Assembly: GCA_034439575.1 (NCBI GenBank)
Contig: JAWXAQ010000013.1
Coordinates: forward strand, 1 to 18,632
Direction of reading: 5' to 3'
From: Leptospira sp.
GTDB taxonomy: Bacteria; Spirochaetota; Leptospiria; Leptospirales; Leptospiraceae
DNA: 18,632 nt
Shown: positions 8,184 through 17,800 of the stretch, in pieces
Layout of the letters: each line of letters begins with the position of its first letter
Position numbering within the stretch: position 1 is the stretch's first letter
Program-made: the position numbers and the translations under genes
The notes under the pieces: model-generated
Database searches by the model: none
What the model was told of the DNA's origin: nothing
What the model saw: the letters and a program-made list of their open reading frames with translations, nothing else

Positions 8184-8404
8184 TCGTATAACAAAATTCT
8201 TCCGTGATTCGTATAACATATCTAGGATTAACTTATAAACGCAATACTTTTTTAACACCTGCTAGATGTTTTTTAATACTTACATGGCCAGTAATTTGTC
8301 TCAATTCTCGAATAACATTAGATTATGTAACGATCTTTGTTTGAAGTGGATTATTACTTGAATCAGCATAGTGCACTTCCCATAATGTGTCATCTTCGTA
8401 TAAC
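8184..8404 (-). repeat. Cassette leader copy 2 (attI-like GTTA boxes plus degenerate dif-like site)
   Basis: TAAC boxes end at 8192, 8217, 8232 and 8256, with the same 25/15/24 spacing as copy 1. ACTTCCCATAA arm at 8375-8385; the second arm is degenerate and ends in TCGTATAAC. Confidence 0.75.
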
Positions 8405-8420
8405 TTATTTTCTATAAAAT

Positions 8421-8843
8421 TTATAAACAATCCACAAAAGTATCAGCCTCTTCTTTATGGGAAGAATATATACGAATCGAAGAAGTCATTTCGTTACTAA
8501 AACTTAATGTAGATTTATCACATTGAATCGAAGTCGTTTTTTGTAATATGGATGTGAAATTACAATAAAAACTCTGTTTACCATCAATATAAACAATTGC
8601 TCTATCTTTATCAGGTAACCAAAGACTCATATCTTTGAATGAATCTCTTCCAGAATAGATCTTATATAGTATATTCTTATATATAATTTCAATTAAGTAT
8701 TCATTTGTATTTTCCTGCGTATCCTTGGATTTTATGACTGGAATACCATTTGATGGGAAGCCAACTAATGCTACTGTTAAAAATACGAATGAAGTATCAG
8801 AATTCCATTTTAATTTCTTTATTATGTCGCAATTCGTTTTCAA
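8421..8843 (-). CDS. Hypothetical protein, start uncertain, possibly 5'-decayed
   Basis: 140-aa ORF in AT-rich DNA with a TTG start and no clear RBS or motif. Confidence 0.4.
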   Translation of the reverse strand: MKTNCDIIKKLKWNSDTSFVFLTVALVGFPSNGIPVIKSKDTQENTNEYLIEIIYKNILYKIYSGRDSFKDMSLWLPDKDRAIVYIDGKQSFYCNFTSILQKTTSIQCDKSTLSFSNEMTSSIRIYSSHKEEADTFVDCL

Positions 8844-9047
8844 TTCCAGATTACTGGCGTTATAAGATCGACTTTACCTTACTAAATCAAAGTTAATGCT
8901 AAGCTAAATAAAATTTAATAAGTGTAACAACAGAATTTTTTTTCTTTAATCTTTATTCGAACCGACTTAAGTTTTACGACAAGGCCTGATCCAAATTTTT
9001 CTCTTTTCCGTAGTTATTGAATTGAAAACGCAGCATATATCCCCAAA

Positions 9048-10145
9048 ATGAATACTATGTGTATTAAGGTTCAATTCCTATTTCTTTTTATTCTCACTCT
9101 GATTAGTTGCACCTATCACCATTATCCAAATGTAAACGATTCGAATAATCTTTCGCATGACTCTCAAAATCTAAAGATAGGAGTGTCAATACTCAGAAAT
9201 TTTGATTCTAGATTCAATGAAAACGGGGAAACAGAGAAAATTAAGCTAATTGCCCAGGCCACCAAACAAGTAATTAGTTCTTTGAATGAGAAAAATGGAG
9301 CACAGAAGTATGAGTTTTTGGATACAATTGGTGACCAACCAGATTTTGATTATTCACAGGATTATAGAAATTATCTGAAGAAAAATCTTATCGAAATTCA
9401 ATATGAAAACTTATTAGGTAAAAAATCCAATTTTTTTGCTTTGGGAATATATTCGAGATCCATTTGGAATTTTAAAGTATCGGTTTATGATTCTGATGGC
9501 TTGAAAACAGAAATCAAGGAACTGAATTTAGAGCCGATTTCACAATTGGTCGGAATTTTTCTTTTCCCAATTTTATTTTACCAATCAAACGAAGACAGAG
9601 ATAGGTTAGCTGAGAAAAGATTAAATATAATAATTCGTCAGACCATAGAAATGGCTTTTTCACGTGGTATTAAATTTGAAAACTTTGATTCATCATACAA
9701 GATATCTAAGCTTCCATTTAGGATGAAAATAAATCGTGGAATTTGTGATTCCATCATTCCCACTGGACTAAATGCTCCAGGCATTCGCACAACCTGGACT
9801 CCAAATAATCTACATCGTGGATGTGATTTCGTAATCAATTTCTCAAATAAAACTGACAAAATAATTAATATCGACACTCAGCAATTTACTCTTGTTACAG
9901 ATAAAAACATTCATTCACCAAAGAAAGAAATCAACATCTTCCAGAGAAATATTTCTGGAAATGCTAGTTCAACAAATACATCTGTGCAGCATTTATTACA
10001 AAGTGTAAACCTCCAACCTAATACAACAGGCAATGAAAATATTGAATTATTCTTTGAATATCCCTTCAATGAAAAACCTTTATTCGTTAGATGGCAAGAT
10101 TCAAATCAGTCAACGTCTGTAGTGGAAGTTACAGTTCCTAGGTAA
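9048..10145 (+). CDS. Putative lipoprotein with a C-terminal DUF4352-like Ig-type domain
   Basis: Hydrophobic leader FLFLFILTLIS-C21. C-terminal pattern FVINFSNKTDK...FTLVTD...LQPN...ELFFEYP. Confidence 0.6.
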   Translation: MNTMCIKVQFLFLFILTLISCTYHHYPNVNDSNNLSHDSQNLKIGVSILRNFDSRFNENGETEKIKLIAQATKQVISSLNEKNGAQKYEFLDTIGDQPDFDYSQDYRNYLKKNLIEIQYENLLGKKSNFFALGIYSRSIWNFKVSVYDSDGLKTEIKELNLEPISQLVGIFLFPILFYQSNEDRDRLAEKRLNIIIRQTIEMAFSRGIKFENFDSSYKISKLPFRMKINRGICDSIIPTGLNAPGIRTTWTPNNLHRGCDFVINFSNKTDKIINIDTQQFTLVTDKNIHSPKKEINIFQRNISGNASSTNTSVQHLLQSVNLQPNTTGNENIELFFEYPFNEKPLFVRWQDSNQSTSVVEVTVPR

Positions 10146-10148
10146 TCT

Positions 10149-10808
10149 ATGAAATTCAATATTATTTTATTCAGTCTGATTCTATCTCTCACCTTTACTT
10201 GTTCTGATTTAAAGGCACCTATCTATAAAGGAAAAAATCATAAACAAATCTCCAATGAATGGAAGTTCATCCTACTAGATGTAGGAAAAATAGGCACAGT
10301 CAACGGAAGCTGGTTCGGAGACGATTTTTATTCCATTGAATTCGGTATCGAAAATCAAACTGATTTCTATCGATTTTTAAAATTCTTTAATCAGAAGATG
10401 GACAAGGTCAATCTGCTAGCCAGTTTGAAATCTGATCCAAAGTTAGTCGGAATTTTCCAAGTTCGAAAAGACTTATTTATCTTTAACGATTTTACAAATC
10501 CATATGAAGGGATCTCCATTTACTTCTCGCTTCCCATGTATGCTGATGCACCAAATACGGTATATGACAAGAAACTTGTCTTTCCAGCTGTAACAACAGA
10601 ATCTAACCGTTACAAAGTTGCATTTGTTGCCAGTGACTTCGGTATCCCGATGTCCAATCCACTGGTCAATGAATCACCAACTTCCACTGGTTGGATGGAA
10701 CCAGGAGAGTATCGTAAGTTCAAATTGTATTTTAGTGTTCCTAGAGGAGCGAAACTGGAGAAAGTAATTTTTCCTGATGTGTTCGAAGCGGAGCTTGTTG
10801 AGAAGTGA
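10149..10808 (+). CDS. Putative lipoprotein (DUF4352-like pattern)
   Basis: Leader MKFNIILFSLILSLTFT-C18 and pattern IEFGIENQTD...MEPGEYRKFKLYFSVP. Starts 3 bp after the previous stop. Confidence 0.6.
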   Translation: MKFNIILFSLILSLTFTCSDLKAPIYKGKNHKQISNEWKFILLDVGKIGTVNGSWFGDDFYSIEFGIENQTDFYRFLKFFNQKMDKVNLLASLKSDPKLVGIFQVRKDLFIFNDFTNPYEGISIYFSLPMYADAPNTVYDKKLVFPAVTTESNRYKVAFVASDFGIPMSNPLVNESPTSTGWMEPGEYRKFKLYFSVPRGAKLEKVIFPDVFEAELVEK

Positions 10809-10885
10809 CGTGAAGTACAATTGAACAAACTTAAATCTCTATATACATAAGCTGTTAGACCTGAATATCTTTTGTATGACATGTA

Positions 10886-11824
10886 TCAATACTTTTCTAG
10901 ATACTTTTTTTTCCTCCTCTCCGACCAACCTTCTCTTACTGCGATACGATCAATTTCAGTTATTGTCGCTAAAGGAATCGGAGCATATTTATATTCAATA
11001 CCATGTTCCTGTAAGAATTTTACAATTTGCATTTTATCTTTGTACTCGCTAGACTCCAATGGATATGTTTTAAAACGTAACTCTTCTACAAGAAATAAAG
11101 AAACTTTTTGTTCTCTTGGCTTGCCATAATTATTCCCGACACTTTCAGCTAGTTTACCCCGAAAATCAACTCCAGCATGCAGTAAATACAGGACAATATC
11201 AAGTTTATCATACAAGAGGTATGTACTCAATAAAAGGCTACCACCGAATTCATTTTTCATATGCATATCGCCACTACCTGAAAGCATAATCTTTAAATGC
11301 TCTAGAGAGTGAGCCTCAACCATTGCAGAAGGTGATTTCTCGGTTCCGTAATTCGGATCACCTCCTTTTTCCGCAACCATGCGCAAAATTCGTATTGTAC
11401 TTTTCGCGGCATTTTGCATGGGAGTTCGATGAGAAAACGGACTTTTGAAGTTAGGATTAGCACCAGATTCGAGGAGAATCCGAACTGCCTCTTCATTTTC
11501 CGTTCGAATGGAAAATATCAGCAATGAGTTCCCGAGATAAGGGTCGGGAGTATCCAACGCTGATTTGTATTTATCGCTCAATAATTTTACTTTAACGAAA
11601 TCATAAAAGAAGATTGCTTTTGCGAGTTCCCAAACAGGAGATTTTTGAAATACTCTGACATCATTTGCCGGAAAACGAAGCTTTTCCGGTGCTATTGGTT
11701 CATCTATTGCAGAACCATACCTTAATTTTAGATAATTTGATTTGATTGATACACAATTAGAAAAAAAAAGGAAAACAAAACAACTCATCATTACCTTTAT
11801 CCTGAATCGCCTATTAATAATCAT
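10886..11824 (-). CDS. Ankyrin-repeat lipoprotein, probable immunity protein of the upstream lipase toxin
   Basis: Ankyrin-type repeats GNSLLIFSI..ENEEAVRILLESGANPN, TPMQNAA...GGDPN and LDIVLYLLHAGVD. Leader FVFLFFSN-C24. Starts 3 bp after the toxin stop, with its AGGAG RBS inside the toxin 3' end. Confidence 0.8.
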   Translation of the reverse strand: MIINRRFRIKVMMSCFVFLFFSNCVSIKSNYLKLRYGSAIDEPIAPEKLRFPANDVRVFQKSPVWELAKAIFFYDFVKVKLLSDKYKSALDTPDPYLGNSLLIFSIRTENEEAVRILLESGANPNFKSPFSHRTPMQNAAKSTIRILRMVAEKGGDPNYGTEKSPSAMVEAHSLEHLKIMLSGSGDMHMKNEFGGSLLLSTYLLYDKLDIVLYLLHAGVDFRGKLAESVGNNYGKPREQKVSLFLVEELRFKTYPLESSEYKDKMQIVKFLQEHGIEYKYAPIPLATITEIDRIAVREGWSERRKKKYLEKY

Positions 11825-11827
11825 AAT

Positions 11828-14800
11828 CTATTCTCCTTGTTCCCGACTCGGTTTTGGTGGCAGGAAATTATAAATCGAGTGACCATTTAAAGTTCCTGTG
11901 ACACTCGGATAACTCTCAAAGTGTGGTCTACCGATATGTCCGATGATCGGTGCAAAGATATTATTTTGCATTAGATTTAATGGGTCAGTGTTTACCACAT
12001 AAGTATCAATTTGTCCTGATCCAGTCGAAAAAATGTTTGATAGACCATTCGTCATGAAATTTGTCCCAGCAGGATTAAATGTAATAGCAGGGATTCCTGT
12101 CTGCATAGAAACCATAGAAGCTAGTCCGCCACCGAGGGAATGACCAGTAGTTACCATAATTGCATCTGGATCATTTGCTTTCATATATTTTTCTATTTTC
12201 TTCATTCGCTCTAATGCTTCACTATGCTGACTTGATAAGCCTCCGACTGCTCCAAAATTTGCACCCCAATCGGTTCCATTCTCAGTTCCTCCAAAGGAAA
12301 TTGTATATACTACCTTCCCATCTCTCTCTGTCCTGAATACTTTCATGTCAAGTCCTGTTTCCTCTCCGATAATTTTTGGTCGTTGACTACTAACGGCTAA
12401 TCTCGGAATCTCTTCTGTTCCCACCGGAAGAGGTCCATTTGCCCAGTCACTATAAGACGCGTGTGCTAGCAAAGCGGCATCATCTCTTGATAAAATTTTA
12501 GGATCAACAGCAGGCGCTCCGGAGGCAATGTGACCAACCGATTTAAATGGCTTAGTTACATTCTTCCAAATTGATTCTGGGAACTCGCTGAAAGAATTCA
12601 TCATTTGATCTCTCGTGGTTTCGCTTCTAGTAAATAATCCCTCATTCCAAGAACGGTCTTTGATTAGATTATCTACCATTTTCACTGGGGAGATAATAGT
12701 ATCCAGACCAGTATCCAGAATCGCCAAACCTGATTGTAAGGTTGTGCTCAATAATGTTTTTCCTATACCAGCTACAGAACCTAATGTTTCCATTGCGACA
12801 GTTTTTATATTTGTCACAGCGTGACTAACGGTACCTAGTGATCCAAAGGCACCGATTGCTAATTTATTTAATCCAACACCCATACCTTGGAAAAGTTTTC
12901 CTGGTTGAATCAACGAACTTGGATTCCCTAAAACTTTTAGAGGTAAAGTTCCAACTTCTGTTCCAATTTTCAAGAGTCCAGTTGTCATATCTGCAACGTT
13001 TCCAATCGCATTACCAAAAAAGGGAACATAATCCTTTATTACTCCTACGTCGCGAATTGAATCACCTAATCGTAGAAATGCGCTTGAAACTCCATTAAAT
13101 GCCCGATCAAGACCTCCGGCCACTGTAGCAATTCCTCTTCCAGTTGCTGCAATTCCATGCCCTATTGGAGACAATACATTGTCATACAATTTGCCAGGTA
13201 ATTTACCAATTCCACCGACTATTGTATCGAAAGTGGAACGGGTCCCATTAACGATTCTATCTGCAAAACTTGGACTTTGTTCGACTGCTGGACGAGGGTC
13301 TGGAATCTTAATTTTTTCTCCACCATAAAAATAGCCTCCATCTTTATCACGGTTGAGGGCTTTCGGGTTGGCAGCCATCAATTCGTCTCTGGTGATTCCA
13401 TTTCTCTCTGCAATCGTTACAGCCCTTTCACCATTTTTCACCGTATAACTATCATTATGCACCCATACCCCTACTTCACCAACAAAGTAAGTATGGAAAT
13501 CTTCCACTTCAAAGTTATAAACTGTTTCTTCTCTATGATCAATAACAACGGAATCTACAACTAACAGAGTTCCATCAGCAACATAAGATCGATCACCTGA
13601 CTTAAGATCCTTCGCTTCTACCCATTCTGAGTTTTCTATTGCAAATTGTTCATTAGTTGCCGATGACTTCAGTCTTCTAAATGGGTGGTTCCAAGTTGTC
13701 TCTAGAATTGTGCCATCTGTGAATCGCACTATATAAATAGCATCCGTTTGGCGGATAAAGGTGTTTACGACTTTTTTATACTCAACGTCACCAGTCGTGT
13801 CAGACTTAGATAACACTACATCATCAACTTTGATCTCTTCAATGTTCTTTAGTCCATCTATGGTATGGATTTTTGTCCCTGCGGTAAAACAAGTGCGTGG
13901 GTGAACTTTTCCATCAGAATCAACAATCATATTTGCTGTGGAGACAGCCTTTCCATTATAGAAATTGAACATGTTTGCAACACCGTCTGTGAAACCACCA
14001 AAAAACTGACTAAACATGTTGGTTCTAGATGTTCCTAATCCTTTAGTTCCCATTGGTTGTGTGGACTCACTTGCTTCCTTTTTTCTTTTTTCCATCTCAG
14101 CATCAACATTATCTCGTGCTTGGTCTAAGTTCTGATCGACCCAATCAATTTCCCCAGCCGTAAATCCGTTAGGTCCATTCGAGCCAATACTATTTCCACC
14201 TACTCTTCCACTAGCTGTTGTTCCACTACGGTCTATACGATAACTTCCACCCACACCGTCCCGATTGAAAGACGCAGTTCCAGACATTCCATTCTGTGAA
14301 TCATAGTTAGCTGTTAAGGAAACACCATTCCCAACATTTAAAGTATAACCAACATCATAGTTACTTTTGTGAAGATTGTAATTAATAGTAGCATTACTTA
14401 CACCTGCACTTATGCGTGTATCACCTCTTTGGCTAAAATTGACACTCGCGTTTCCAGAGCTGCCGCCTATTCCAATGGCTCCACCCCATTTATTTTTGCT
14501 ATCGTAACTAACTCCAATTCCAAGACCTGTATTCTGAAGAAACGATGCAGCTGGACCGAGCATTGCATTTGCGTCAAACGTTCCCGCAGTTAATACACCA
14601 ATGGCTCCATTCACAAAACCTGCAGCCATTCCATCAATTCCGTTCCGAGAACCGTCAATTACTTGCACTGCTCCTTTCACAACTGCGGCGCCGACTTGAA
14701 CAGCTGTTGTTCCAGTGACTCCAACAAAATTACCAACAGCTTTGAGTGCGTTTGCGACTACAGACATCGGTCCAGTAACAACCGCAGCTGCACCAAGAGT

Positions 14801-17800
14801 TACCACTGTAGTCACCGCCGTGATGGCCGTTGATCTTATAGCGTCAGCTTGTTGTTTCTTATCAGCTTTTCTTTGCTCCATCGCGCTATAACCTTTACGC
14901 AATGCTGCATTAATTATTTCTTTCTCTTCCTTCGTTCTCCCCTGTGCCAAAAAATCAACTGTCATTCTTTGACCAAGTTCCTGAACTAACCCTTCTTTGT
15001 TTTTCAACGTAGGAGTTGCACTAGTATAAGTCGTCCCAGGTGCCTTCAAGCCAAGTCTAGTATTGGCATTTGCCTCTGACTGAATTTCTGCCCAGCTAGT
15101 TTCTAAATTTCCAGAGAACATTACTCTATTGCCATCTTTGATTGCGCGTTGGATATCTCTGTCTTTTAATCCAAAGGCATTTGCCGCTGTTTTAATAATG
15201 CCACCGCCAATTCCATCGATTTGAGCAGAAATCGCAGTAATCGGATTCCCATTAATAGCACGACGGATTTTTTTAGCTGCGAGTGATCCTTTATAATCCG
15301 TAATCATATTCCCGATCACTTCTGCGGGTAAACCAGTAGAGGTGGCGACAGCTTGAGTCACATTGGATTGGATCATAGATTCAGTATTGGCTTTGATTGC
15401 GGCTATTGTATCTTTCGGACCTGTAACTCGATTCATGGTTGCTTCATAGGCTTTCGGTCCCATAGCAGTGCGAGCTAAAGCAGCCGTTAAACTATTCGAT
15501 AGCTGGTTTAAAGTTCCAAGGCCTGGTATTTGTGAAATTACTGAATTAGTAAATGTATTATATTTAGCGGCGATATTTTCGATAGAGCGAATTGGATTGT
15601 TAATAGAAAGAGTATTGGATCTTGTCTTGATATTTCTTTCTTGCATTTTTCCTTTCATGAAACTTACAGCTTGCGCAAGCATCGCAATCTGGTCTTCATC
15701 AGCTCCACTCGCACGCGCCCAGGCTTCGGCAATACCTGTGTTGATTTGATCTTCTATCTTGTTTTTGATCGCTCCATTAACACCAGCCATACCGCCAGTT
15801 ATGTATGCTAGGATTAAGTCTTTGATTAGAGAATCCTGTGCCTGTTGAGCTTGTTTAGCAGCTTGGAATCGATTGTTGTTATTCGATTCAACCGTAGATA
15901 TCGATGTCACAGCTCCTATTAATAAATTCGAATCTGATGTGAGTCCTTTAGTATAAAAATTGTTCATCACATTGCTTGCTTGTGCTGAAAAATCATTCCA
16001 ATCAGAATCTCCCCAAACATCAAATAAATCTTTACCATTAGGCGCAGTGACAGGTGCCACCATAGATAAAGTTACATATCGTTTTTCTTCCTGAGTTCCG
16101 CTGATATACTTTCCAGAAGAATCCCGACCACCAATTCGACCATTGCTGATATTTTTAGTGAGTGTCACTTGTAAGGTTTCTTTATTGAATGAAGAAATAT
16201 AATCCTGTCTTAGTTCACTGCATGATGTTGGATTCACATAACACGAACCAGACAATCTCTTTTCTGCATCAGTCAAAGTATTTTCTTTTATCAAGCCTAG
16301 CTTAATCATGGTATTTCGATCAGTAAATGATTTTACGATCATACCATCTTGGTATTCATAGCCTCTGCGTTTTAATTCATCATTAACTTGTTCTAATGAG
16401 ATATTATACTTTGCTGTTGCGTTTTTATCTTTTTGTAAAACGGCGAGATATCCTTTTAAATATTCTTCACCTATAAAGTTTCCTTCCTTATCATATTGCC
16501 CAACGGCTCTATCTTCCCAGCGAATCCCATAAGACATCTGGTTGATTAGTTTTTCTTGTTCTCTTATTGCCGCATTCGCATTGTTTTCGTTTGTCGATAG
16601 CAACTGCGAATACTGGTAAACTCCATTCGCAGTAGTCTGGAATACACTTGCCAAATCTTTATCTTTGATAGAAAGCGAAGTCTCTACTTTTTTGTCAGCT
16701 GCGGCACTAAATATATTATAACTTCGCGTGGTCTCTGTAACTGTCTCAGCTTTACTAATGCCAAGTTTATCTGCCACACCAGATAACATAAAAGAATCTG
16801 AATTCACAAAATTTTTAGCTGTTGTTAAAAATCCATTATCCTTTGTAGTCATCCCAGCTGAGGACAAGTATTGGTATGGACCAACAGCCGCTTGGTTCGT
16901 AGATACATCAGTAAATGTAAACTCGCGCGACGTCAGATCATTATAAGAATTATCATAATTTGCTAATACAGTATTTGTTCCTGTAGAAAAATCCGACACT
17001 CCAATGCTTTGAACACTGGCTTGGAAATTTGTTTTTACAGCACTTAGATTTCCATTGGCGCTAGATTGGTTGATTTGATTTTCTAGCCCTTGCCATTTAG
17101 CCACCCCATCCTGATATTCCTGTCCAATTTTATTTAACCATGTCTGTTTCTTAGTTTCTAAATCTGATAAGGAATTTTCATAATCTAGTCTTGCTTGGTC
17201 TCTTAGAGTCTGAGCCTGCGTTTGCCATGCTGTATAAAAATTATTATAATTTTGAACTTGTGACTCCCAGTTACTTATCGCTGGGTTGATATTTGTATTG
17301 TATTGGTTCAACTGGTTGCTAAGCGAACCTAAGTTACCTGACCAGTAGCTCGCATGATCGGCCATGCCTTGGTCACGCATAGTATATGCTATACCATACG
17401 TTATATGATCCATCTGAAATCGATCCGTCCAAGCGGCGCAAGCAGCAGGTGCAGGATAGCAAATTGCTCGATTTGCTTCCCAAGTAAATGCACCATTATT
17501 TTCTAATAAATAATTGCCCCGAGTATGAGTTTTACTTATATAAGCAAATTGATCTGTTTTATTTAATTCTTGTAAATCAGCTGTGAACACATTAGAAGCG
17601 ATAATATTAACGATGGATCTACCAGATGTTCCGCCTAATCGTCCTTGAAGTGTGTTGTATATAGTTGTATAATCCCCAGTTCTTATAGCTCGAACCATAT
17701 TTCCGATATCTGGATCTACAATATGCTCTCCACCACGATATTGACTGCCAGTGTTAATTGTATTCCAGTCATCATAAGTTCCATTTACTGTATTCGAGAT

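Noticed and set aside
6546-8404. CRISPR array from the recurring TCGTATAAC
   Set aside because: Repeats are only 9 bp and irregularly spaced, and there are no cas genes.
10845-10860. ACATAAGCTGTTAGAC as a collapsed attC after the lipoprotein pair
   Set aside because: No hairpin body, and no matching complementary start box found.
7883-11496. Short ORFs 7883-8077, 9638-9877, 10610-10882, 10872-11129 and 11302-11496
   Set aside because: They overlap longer, motif-supported genes on the opposite strand or in another frame.
13454-13891. Canonical splicing intein or homing element
   Set aside because: No endonuclease domain and the +1 residue is Asp; fits a pre-toxin Hint.
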